From sequence record NC_071015.1: DNA of 64,000 bases. One strand, given 5' to 3'. Numbering within the stretch: position 1 is the first letter of the stretch; every line of letters starts with the position of its first letter. The notes under the pieces were generated by a model. The model saw nothing but the letters and a program-made list of their open reading frames with translations. It was not told the origin of the DNA and made no database searches. A program made the position numbers and the translations under genes. Positions 9,614 to 17,679 of the stretch are shown here, in pieces.

Positions 9614-10543
9614 TTATACGGTCACTGCTCCAATAAGTGCTTCCGGCGCAACCAGCAGCGGCAAGGAGTTGCCGTACCAGAAGAACCATGGCATCTTACT
9701 GTTGGCGTTAGCATCACGTGCGTACGACTCAGTGATGTGGTAGGCCACAGAGGCAGACAGCAGTTCTTTATAACGGATAGTTGCCCCGTTAGTGATCTGC
9801 CCGTCGTTTACGGTTTCAATCCCGTACGCCATGTACACTTCGTTGATTGCCGCTTTACTGGAATCGTTGAAGAGAATACGGCACACGTTACGCAGTTCTT
9901 CCAGATCGTTACCGTCCAGAGAAAGATCGATCTTACCGGTACCGTTAATATAGGTATTAGTAATCGGCACGTTATTGGTGGTGGTCAACTCATATGGAGT
10001 TGGTTCCAGATCTTCTTTCTTCGGCGTGTACGGACGTTCTTTTTCGTTACCGGTATCCGGATCACGTTCGCCCACTTTCATGGTCGGATCGAATTCAATG
10101 AAGCCTGCTTCTTTCAGATAATAGAAGACGTAGAATTCGTCACCGATCTTGCGCACCACACGCACGCGGTATTTATCGCGCACCGTCGGATCCAGATCTT
10201 CGCTCAGTTTACGAGCGATCATGGGGATCGGGTAGAAGGCGTTAAAGTCAACCGCTTTGTGTTGATAAACGCGACGACCTTCCAGACCGTTTGCATCCAG
10301 ACCGATAGAGCGAGAGCCACCGATACCGACACCGAAATAGCGCAGGTTAAAGTCTTTGCCGTTTTTACGACCCAGAGACTCTTCTGCCAGCACTTCGTAT
10401 TTCTCGTTCAGTGTGGTGAACTTCGGAATGTTGACTACCTGGTTGGTAGTGCATGCGGCGTTAATAATTAAACCCATCCCAGTTGCAGAAACCAACTGGT
10501 TAGGGAGTTTCTGACCGTCGCGGCCAGAGCTTGCATCTGCCAT
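9614..10543 (-). CDS. Conserved phiKZ-like virion structural protein
   Basis: 309 aa; LRYFGVGIGG / FYPIPMIAR motifs recalled from phiKZ-like tail/baseplate proteins; synteny. Confidence 0.5.
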   Translation of the reverse strand: MADASSGRDGQKLPNQLVSATGMGLIINAACTTNQVVNIPKFTTLNEKYEVLAEESLGRKNGKDFNLRYFGVGIGGSRSIGLDANGLEGRRVYQHKAVDFNAFYPIPMIARKLSEDLDPTVRDKYRVRVVRKIGDEFYVFYYLKEAGFIEFDPTMKVGERDPDTGNEKERPYTPKKEDLEPTPYELTTTNNVPITNTYINGTGKIDLSLDGNDLEELRNVCRILFNDSSKAAINEVYMAYGIETVNDGQITNGATIRYKELLSASVAYHITESYARDANANSKMPWFFWYGNSLPLLVAPEALIGAVTV

Positions 10544-10549
10544 TAGCGT

Positions 10550-10903
10550 TTACCCTTCGTTAACGTATTCACGATACTTAATTTTAAAATTCCCATAATG
10601 AACCAAACACGTAGGCTGGATAACGACATCGTACCCGCCCGGTACTTCAGTGATTGATTCAATATCCGTTGAATAAAGATTGACATTCAAAGGACGAACA
10701 AGTCTCACAACATCCGAAGGGCGTAACATAGCAAGCCCAGTTTTAAGACTGTGTCGGTTAATAAATGTTAAATCTTGTTTTTCGAATTTGGCATGACGCC
10801 CATCTAGCAACAGAAGGAGTTCTTCTTCCCGATTAACCAGAACGTCTAATCGTTCACTATCTGGGTAGAGTGCTTTCAGTCTGTCCATTTTCTTCTTTGT
10901 CAT
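10550..10903 (-). CDS. Small hypothetical protein (possible repeated phiKZ-type structural domain)
   Basis: 117 aa; C-terminal pattern ...DI......hhI...L.HYGNFKI resembles ends of the 32411 and 34711 domains. Confidence 0.4.
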   Translation of the reverse strand: MTKKKMDRLKALYPDSERLDVLVNREEELLLLLDGRHAKFEKQDLTFINRHSLKTGLAMLRPSDVVRLVRPLNVNLYSTDIESITEVPGGYDVVIQPTCLVHYGNFKIKYREYVNEG

Positions 10904-13106
10904 AGAAAACTACGGATTGTTTAGCCATCGTCGGATTCCTGACGTCCCCAGTCACAACAGTCTGGAAACCAACGGCAAGATCGAGCGTGGCCGGTGCTGG
11001 TGTAGATTTAAGTGTCATTGCAATGCGGAGCTGAACATTGTTCACATCCGGGTCCACTGCAATTGGTTTCAAATTCATCGGTGCATACAGCTTCGCACAC
11101 CCGATTGAAAGGGCATCAAGACGGCCGCCCAACGGTTGGTCAACACTGCCACGCAGTTCCTTTGTGTGTAATTCACACTCCGGTTTGCCTTTTAGCAGGT
11201 TTGATAAGAACGCACGGTTATCATCACTCTCCAGTGCCGTCTCCCCATCCGGTAACCAATAATCCCCATCCACTAACATCATGTACGGGAGATTGAATTG
11301 CCCTTCTGCGGTTTCAGTACTGCCGATGTATTGCACCGTATAACTGGTCAGGTCCTTCATGAGGTTGATCAGTAGGCGTTGTTGTTCCCCGACACTTACG
11401 TAACTGTTTTCTTCCCAGCCTGTTACTTTACTCCAAATCGCCCATGCCAGATCCAAACATTCACTTTCACTGTAATCGTAAAAGTCCAAATCCATTTTCA
11501 ATAAGAACTGTTCGTAATTGGAGTATGTCCCAATTTTGGCCAGGCCGTTTTCATAACAGGCTTCGACAGCATTATAACGACGTGCTGCTGTAAACAAGTT
11601 ATTGATACGTGAGTAAAGCTTTTTATGAGACCAAATACCATCCGAGATTTCTTTGCTCTTTTGGAAGAACCCGTCAGGCGAGATAATGGTAGGGAAATCA
11701 ATGTGGACATCAAGAATGTTGCGACACACTGTTTCTGTTAAAATCTCTTTGTGACCTAATTGCATCAGGTCTTGATAGGTTGGACCGTTGATCTTTCTGA
11801 CATGCCAATAATTATACTCAGGGATGTCACCTGGGAATTTAATCCCTCGGCTTCGGTCAAGCAAATAGTGCCAGAGGATCAAGGCATCTGACGTGGTCAG
11901 GCGCATAACTTTCCCGGTACGGGCATCTGTTACATCCACATTAATGGTGTACAGTTGGTTCTGAACAAAGTAGATCCAATGGTTATGCAAGACCCGCATG
12001 ATACGATCCGGATTACGGTCCGTGGTGTCGGTCAGGTTAGACTCCAACACCTTCGAAGGAACACTGGAGTGCAAACTGTACTTGATTGCGTACTTGGTGT
12101 CCTCAATCCCGTAATCGGCATTGGCTTCATTATCTAAAGCCAGTGGAAGCTCTTTGGTAACGACCTCTTCCACATTCCACAGTCGAGTATCCGTTCCCAT
12201 TAAGTTTAACAGGTTAATTGGACGCGAGAGCATTTGTGGATTCGGGGCCAGATCTTCGATCATGTCCTCGGTGGTTTGTAATGTCTCATAACTGGTTAAC
12301 GGAATTTGACGTTCAGTGAGGATAGCGTCCATCACTTCATTGAATGTGTGACGGCGCCCTAATAGACGGAGTACGTATTCCACATTTCGGTAGAGCCACA
12401 TGGTCTGCTTGCGGTTTAACGCTGCCTTATAGATGCTGGAGATACCATAAGACTGCAGTCGACTCCAAATATAGAAGTCATGCGCGTACCGGGTTCCATC
12501 TGCTTCTTTACGAATCATTAGAATAGCAGAAACCAACGACCCGTGCAGCTGGGCTAACAAGGCCGGCAACATCAAGTTATCAGTATACGTGTACTCCGTT
12601 TTAAACGACCCCAGGACGGTGGTATCAATGTGTTTCTGCAATGCAGGCATCAGTTGATATTCATTCCACAATACATAGTCTGTGTTGTAACGAAGAATCT
12701 GATAATTATTTGCCGGGATTGATTCCGAAGGTGGAATAGGGTTTATGATCCCATTAATCAAAATTAATTGATGCTGGTACTTCTCAACCAGTCTCGTGTA
12801 ATAATACGATCCCAGTCGATAAGCTCGCTTGGTGGCTAAATGAATGTCCAGGTTGGCCTTGGTGAATTTAATGATCTCACCGTTGTCCAATGACTGCACT
12901 TCCATTTCATCATCAAGCTCGTGGTATTCGCCATTTAAATTCAGGTAATATTTCCATTTGCTTTTATCAGTACCGGCACTGATGCCATAGTACTGCTGCA
13001 ACTGTTTATTATCTAAAAGGGCCAATTCCTCACATTTAATGACGATAGTTCTTGCGAAGGCTATCGTGTTTAAAATGTAAGCATTAAACTCGATATTCTT
13101 AAGCAT
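10857..13106 (-). CDS. Virion structural (baseplate/tail) protein, phiKZ gp128-like
   Basis: Start moved to ATG 13106 (AAGGAA RBS); KWKYYLNLNGEYH motif; divergent from portal as in phiKZ-like phages. Confidence 0.55.
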   Translation of the reverse strand: MLKNIEFNAYILNTIAFARTIVIKCEELALLDNKQLQQYYGISAGTDKSKWKYYLNLNGEYHELDDEMEVQSLDNGEIIKFTKANLDIHLATKRAYRLGSYYYTRLVEKYQHQLILINGIINPIPPSESIPANNYQILRYNTDYVLWNEYQLMPALQKHIDTTVLGSFKTEYTYTDNLMLPALLAQLHGSLVSAILMIRKEADGTRYAHDFYIWSRLQSYGISSIYKAALNRKQTMWLYRNVEYVLRLLGRRHTFNEVMDAILTERQIPLTSYETLQTTEDMIEDLAPNPQMLSRPINLLNLMGTDTRLWNVEEVVTKELPLALDNEANADYGIEDTKYAIKYSLHSSVPSKVLESNLTDTTDRNPDRIMRVLHNHWIYFVQNQLYTINVDVTDARTGKVMRLTTSDALILWHYLLDRSRGIKFPGDIPEYNYWHVRKINGPTYQDLMQLGHKEILTETVCRNILDVHIDFPTIISPDGFFQKSKEISDGIWSHKKLYSRINNLFTAARRYNAVEACYENGLAKIGTYSNYEQFLLKMDLDFYDYSESECLDLAWAIWSKVTGWEENSYVSVGEQQRLLINLMKDLTSYTVQYIGSTETAEGQFNLPYMMLVDGDYWLPDGETALESDDNRAFLSNLLKGKPECELHTKELRGSVDQPLGGRLDALSIGCAKLYAPMNLKPIAVDPDVNNVQLRIAMTLKSTPAPATLDLAVGFQTVVTGDVRNPTMAKQSVVFYDKEENGQTESTLPR

Positions 13107-13134
13107 AAAGGTTCCTTTAAGGAGAATCCTGTCA

Positions 13135-15996
13135 ATGAGTTCGACAAAATCACTACCCAGAGGGTATGATGTTTTAGACAAGACTCAATTGAGGGGTAAG
13201 ATAGACGACTCCCCTCTCTCTCAGAATCTTCGTTCTTTAATTGTTAAAGATAAGACCCTCAGGGGCGACAAAGACACTGAGAATAAAACCAAACCGCCGG
13301 TTAGTAAAGTCAAAAGCATCTCTGACATAATCAGTAATAATATCCAGGCCTCAATGGACCTGCGTACGATTACGCACTACGTCAAGCGGGCTGAGCAAAT
13401 TTGGACTACTCTTCTGTTAAAACCAAACGGAGAACAACGCCAACTGCTCATTTATGATACAGAAAGCTCTGATGTAAAAAATAGCAAGCTCCATGAGCTT
13501 TTACTCCAGAAGGTGGAAAACTACTTTACAACAAAGTACCCCTTTGAAGAGTTAGCCCCTCAAATTATTAAAGATGTCCTTTTCCGTACCGGTTCTTATG
13601 TTCACGTGAGCATGAGTCACGCCGTACTGGACCATCTGATCAACGGCATGGAAGTAAGCGGAAGTGAGAATTTCCGTAACACTGCGACCGAGGTTCTCAC
13701 CAAACACTTTGTGGGTGGTAATCTGAACCGTGCTAAGAACGTGGGGTACATTCGTAAAGACCGTCTGGCGCAAAATAACCTGACTGGGTTTGAAGCACTC
13801 TATGGAACAACCGGTAATGCCGGTGAAGAGTATACTCTGGTTCACCCTGATCTTAAATGGACCTTTACCGATAACCCAATCGTTATTAAAGCGGGTTCTT
13901 TAGCACAGAGGATGCGTGAAGACCGACTCCGTGAAATGAGTGGGTTAGAAGGTATTGACTCTGCTATTGGCAATGTCTTTAAGAAAAAGAAAGGGGCACA
14001 TAAAGCCAACAATAACCGGGTGAAGATTCCGGAGAAAAAGGCCTTAGAGAAAGAACTCGATAACCTTTATCCTAACCGTAACTATAACCACATTGAATCG
14101 CTCTCTGTTCGTAAAGGGAAGTTCTACAGTGGTAATGGTCGCGGAATTGGCATCGACTTCCATTGGCCGTCTGAGGCCGTTGTGAACGTGATGGTAAACG
14201 GCGAAATCGGTAAACCGTTTGGTCATATCTTCTTGATCGATCCGGATACCGGTGAACCGTTGAAGAACACCTCAGATGTGAAGTTCTATCAGACAGCACG
14301 TGGAACCGGTGGCGCTGGGGATGTATCCAGTAAACCGAAGATGGGGTCCATCAACGACATCGTCAGTCACATTCGTACCGTTGCACAAGGTAAAGAGTGT
14401 ACGGAAGATATGGGTTGGATGGCGGAGTTCGCATCGGCAACTCTTGAGAAAGAGTTTATTGAAGGTTTCCTCAATGGGGATCTGCATAAAGATGTGAGCG
14501 TTTCGTTAACCGAAGAGAACAAGAAACTCTTCTTGTCCCGTGCTTTGCGTGATCAGGGTGTGCGCGCAGTCTTCGTTCCTTCTGAATACGTAACCTATGT
14601 GGCTACCGACTTCAGTCGTTTGGGTGTCGGACGTTCACTGGTCGATGAAGCCAAATTGCACATTGCTCGTTTAGCAGTACTGGAAACAGCAGACATGTTG
14701 GCCCAGATTGAGAACTCTATCTCTCATACGCTTTTGGAAGTTACCCCAGAGCGTGAAGATGTGGATGTTCGCAACACCGTTGCGATGGCTCGTGATGAGT
14801 GGTTTGCTGGTAACCCAACGCTGCATGACATTCTGGGTTATAATAACGTTTCTATCGATGCGATCCTTGATCGGTTTAAAGAGCAGTCGGTTACCGTTAA
14901 GATCAATCCGGGGGATAACCCGCATATCGTGGCTCCGGATATTAATGCTTCACAGGCTCAACGTGAACCATTGAAATCCATTGAACCAGAGACACGTGAA
15001 AACCTGCTGAACACCATTGCTGGTTTCTTCGGGCTGAAACGTAGCTGGTTGGAAGATACAGGTGATGGCAATGACTTTGCTATCGAAGCCCTGGCTGACC
15101 AGGAGCTGCTGCGTAATCAGACCAACGAGTACTCTCGTATCTTCTCTCGCTTCTTCACTGACATCATGCGCAAACACATGCGCGTTAACGAACCGCTTAT
15201 CACTGAGTTAGTGGATATCATTAAAGACAATAAAACGCTTTATGAAAAACCTGATCAGACTGGTGAGTTGAAAGTTGACGATGAGACTAAGAAGAAGATC
15301 GATAAAGAAGGTGATGAGGATACGACAGTTGAGGATCTGGAACAGATTGAAGTGGTCTTAAAAGACTTCCTTAATACGTTCTATGTGGTTCTTCCAACGC
15401 CTGCCATTACCGACTCGCTGAATAAGCTGGAAGATAAGATTGAAGCAGTTGAGAAACTGGTTGACTCTTGGGTTAACTTGGGTGGTGGTTCTAAACTGCT
15501 GAAACGTCGTGCCGACGCTGCTGGGTTGGTGGGTGATGACGTGGTAGAGAACATCAAAGCTATCCTGCTCAACGAAGCGTTCGAACGGTTTAACCTGCCG
15601 ATGCCATTTGAGGCAATACTGAACAATGGCCGTACTGGTGGTATGATGTCTTATATTACCAAAGCGGTTGATCTGGACAGTAACGTTATTCAGTTCCTGA
15701 CAGAGTGGGAAAAAGGTATTCGTAAAAACAACACTAAAGCTGACAAGCTTCAAGAGCGTGTTGATAAAGCAAATAACCCAGACCCAATCGAGGAGCCAAT
15801 CGATCCTGACGCCCCTGCTGAAATCACTGACGACAGTACCATCACTGATGACTCAGAGATAACTCCTACGGATGACACCAATCCAGAAGAAGTTGTTGAA
15901 GAAGGTACCACGCCAGAAGAAGAGCAGAAACAGGCTGAAGAAATAAATGATGAAACTGCCCCTAAAGAAGGTGGCGACGACATTTGGTCTGAATGA
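13135..15996 (+). CDS. Portal protein (phiKZ gp129-like)
   Basis: 953 aa, AAGGAG RBS; size, synteny, G-x-E sites (SGSE, TGFE, SGLE) in the N-terminal third, very acidic C-terminal tail. Confidence 0.65.
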   Translation: MSSTKSLPRGYDVLDKTQLRGKIDDSPLSQNLRSLIVKDKTLRGDKDTENKTKPPVSKVKSISDIISNNIQASMDLRTITHYVKRAEQIWTTLLLKPNGEQRQLLIYDTESSDVKNSKLHELLLQKVENYFTTKYPFEELAPQIIKDVLFRTGSYVHVSMSHAVLDHLINGMEVSGSENFRNTATEVLTKHFVGGNLNRAKNVGYIRKDRLAQNNLTGFEALYGTTGNAGEEYTLVHPDLKWTFTDNPIVIKAGSLAQRMREDRLREMSGLEGIDSAIGNVFKKKKGAHKANNNRVKIPEKKALEKELDNLYPNRNYNHIESLSVRKGKFYSGNGRGIGIDFHWPSEAVVNVMVNGEIGKPFGHIFLIDPDTGEPLKNTSDVKFYQTARGTGGAGDVSSKPKMGSINDIVSHIRTVAQGKECTEDMGWMAEFASATLEKEFIEGFLNGDLHKDVSVSLTEENKKLFLSRALRDQGVRAVFVPSEYVTYVATDFSRLGVGRSLVDEAKLHIARLAVLETADMLAQIENSISHTLLEVTPEREDVDVRNTVAMARDEWFAGNPTLHDILGYNNVSIDAILDRFKEQSVTVKINPGDNPHIVAPDINASQAQREPLKSIEPETRENLLNTIAGFFGLKRSWLEDTGDGNDFAIEALADQELLRNQTNEYSRIFSRFFTDIMRKHMRVNEPLITELVDIIKDNKTLYEKPDQTGELKVDDETKKKIDKEGDEDTTVEDLEQIEVVLKDFLNTFYVVLPTPAITDSLNKLEDKIEAVEKLVDSWVNLGGGSKLLKRRADAAGLVGDDVVENIKAILLNEAFERFNLPMPFEAILNNGRTGGMMSYITKAVDLDSNVIQFLTEWEKGIRKNNTKADKLQERVDKANNPDPIEEPIDPDAPAEITDDSTITDDSEITPTDDTNPEEVVEEGTTPEEEQKQAEEINDETAPKEGGDDIWSE

Positions 15997-16022
15997 CAAA
16001 AAAAAATAAATACTAAGTGAAA

Positions 16023-16050
16023 CCCTACTCATCCTGATGGATGAGTAGGG
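16023..16050. terminator. Intrinsic terminator hairpin (convergent junction)
   Basis: CCCTACTCATCC-TGAT-GGATGAGTAGGG; A-run to the left, TATG to the right. Confidence 0.75.
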
Positions 16051-16071
16051 ATCGCTTTATGTTTATTGCTA

Positions 16072-16686
16072 TTACGCTTCAGCAGATTCTTCTGCGGTTA
16101 CGTAGTCTTCGGTAGACGTGCTGATCTTACCGCGTACCAGAGCCAGGATTGGATCGCGTGCAAATACGCCACCAACGATAACGCCGTTTGCTACAACGGA
16201 GCCCGCGACCAGACGATACTGTTCGCTGTCGTTGATTTTGTCAATGCACTGCAGGCCTGCTTGCAGGCCTGCACCTACCAGACCGGCAGCAATAGTTACG
16301 CCGGTGATTTCCAGCGCGTTGTAACGCACTTCGGTTTCTTCCGGCAGGAATTTTTGCTGCAGTTTGTTACTGATTACCATGCTAGCAGCAGTACCTACTG
16401 CTGAAACGATCCCGGAGCCAACAACGCTTTCCCAGTTGTAACCAGATACTTTATTGGCAGCGTTGCCACGAATTGCAGATTTCACTTCTTCAGTTACAGG
16501 AGTTTCCTCAACAACAGTGGTGGTGGTTTCGATGTTTTCTTCAGCAACGATGGTGTTTTCAACGGTCATGGTAGATTCCTTACTATGGTTTTTGGAAAGT
16601 TCAGGGTTGTTTGACTTGGGAGCTACGCCAGCTTTAGCAACTGGTTTACAGTTAGATCCCAGATATTTATTGCGTTTGCCAGACAT
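16072..16686 (-). CDS. Hypothetical Gly/Ala-rich, probably membrane-associated protein, likely early
   Basis: AGGAGG RBS; three hydrophobic GxxxG/AxxxG-rich segments; TATATTAC upstream. Confidence 0.55.
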   Translation of the reverse strand: MSGKRNKYLGSNCKPVAKAGVAPKSNNPELSKNHSKESTMTVENTIVAEENIETTTTVVEETPVTEEVKSAIRGNAANKVSGYNWESVVGSGIVSAVGTAASMVISNKLQQKFLPEETEVRYNALEITGVTIAAGLVGAGLQAGLQCIDKINDSEQYRLVAGSVVANGVIVGGVFARDPILALVRGKISTSTEDYVTAEESAEA

Positions 16687-16732
16687 AGTTACCTCCTAAG
16701 CATAAGAAATATTTGTTCTTCTATACACTTTA

Positions 16733-16740
16733 GTAATATA
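16733..16740 (-). promoter_or_regulatory. phiKZ-type early promoter motif TATATTAC
   Basis: Exact GTAATATA on + strand in an AT-rich spacer, 47 nt upstream of the 16686 start. Confidence 0.55.
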
Positions 16741-16779
16741 GGTCTGAAAACTTTTTCAACTGAAATCTAACTGTTCTTT

Positions 16780-17070
16780 TTACTCCTCGCCCTGGTATTC
16801 CATTTCCAGTAAGTTAGGCAGAGAGGTATCTTCGCCCAGATCGTTGATTTCCGGGAACGCTTCCAGCGCTGGTTTGTACGCATCAACTAAAGGCTGAACT
16901 GCGTCGCGAATTTCATCGATCAACCCTTCGTTCTGATAACGATAGAGGAATTCGTTCAGCGCATCGATCGCTTCTTCACGGGTGCGAACCATGCCGTAGT
17001 CCAGCAGGAAGCGGAAGATATCGTAATAGTCTTTAACTTCTTTCGGTGCGAGAAAACGTTTAATAGCCAT
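16780..17070 (-). CDS. Small acidic hypothetical protein
   Basis: 96 aa, GAGG RBS, D/E-rich C-terminal half. Confidence 0.6.
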   Translation of the reverse strand: MAIKRFLAPKEVKDYYDIFRFLLDYGMVRTREEAIDALNEFLYRYQNEGLIDEIRDAVQPLVDAYKPALEAFPEINDLGEDTSLPNLLEMEYQGEE

Positions 17071-17077
17071 AAAAGCC

Positions 17078-17503
17078 TCATTTATATTGTACGAGTTGTT
17101 TTTCCCGGTTGCCGACGGCGTGCCTTATCAAGCGCCGCAGATCGTGTACCGTGAAATTCTTCAACTGATAATGTTGACCGTTGTTCAGGGTGTTTAAGAA
17201 AGTGTTTTTGATTCGCCATTGTGCGAATCGTTTTACCTCTTCTTTTTCTGGCTCCGCAAAAAGCAAGCGTAGTTTCCCCGCCACTTTTCTAGCGCCTTTC
17301 ATTTTTATTTCATGTTTGTACGTCTCTCCGTTTACAATGAGAATGAATTCCTCACCTTCTTCAATATCATCCATCGAACCGTGTTGAGTCTCGGGCAGGG
17401 TAACTGGAGAGTTCAGCCGATGCGACAGGATCATTGCTTCCTGCAAATTCATTTTATCTTTATTCCAGCCTGGAACGAATATTGAAGTGGTAAAGGTTTT
17501 CAT
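17078..17503 (-). CDS. Hypothetical protein
   Basis: 141 aa, AGGA RBS, preceded by an AT-rich spacer. Confidence 0.55.
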   Translation of the reverse strand: MKTFTTSIFVPGWNKDKMNLQEAMILSHRLNSPVTLPETQHGSMDDIEEGEEFILIVNGETYKHEIKMKGARKVAGKLRLLFAEPEKEEVKRFAQWRIKNTFLNTLNNGQHYQLKNFTVHDLRRLIRHAVGNREKQLVQYK

Positions 17504-17617
17504 TGCTGTTTCCTGTATACAATTAAAAAGTTTTTAATAGAGCCTGTTGAAACGGCTTTTGCTATATAACGATCGGGTCACTTATATAATAAAAGGCGCT
17601 CCGCAATCATCACAGTT

Positions 17618-17642
17618 AAAGGAGTCGGTGTTACCCGACTCC
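17618..17642 (-). terminator. Intrinsic terminator after the 788-aa gene
   Basis: GGAGTCGG-6nt-CCGACTCC followed by TTT on the minus strand. Confidence 0.65.
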
Positions 17643-17679
17643 CCTATTTAACTTAATTCATGAATTAACTTAATTGTGA

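Noticed and set aside
9554-10471. 305-aa + strand ORF and similar antisense ORFs (e.g. 3076-3477, 4168-4638, 39726-40274, 56652-57344)
   Set aside because: Fully overlap well-supported minus-strand genes; typical antisense shadows.
13107-13181. Longest-ORF starts (13181, 5704, 34191, 43478, 54757, 55583, 56634, 63099)
   Set aside because: They overlap neighbouring genes or terminators; internal ATGs have better RBSs and align with paralog N-termini.
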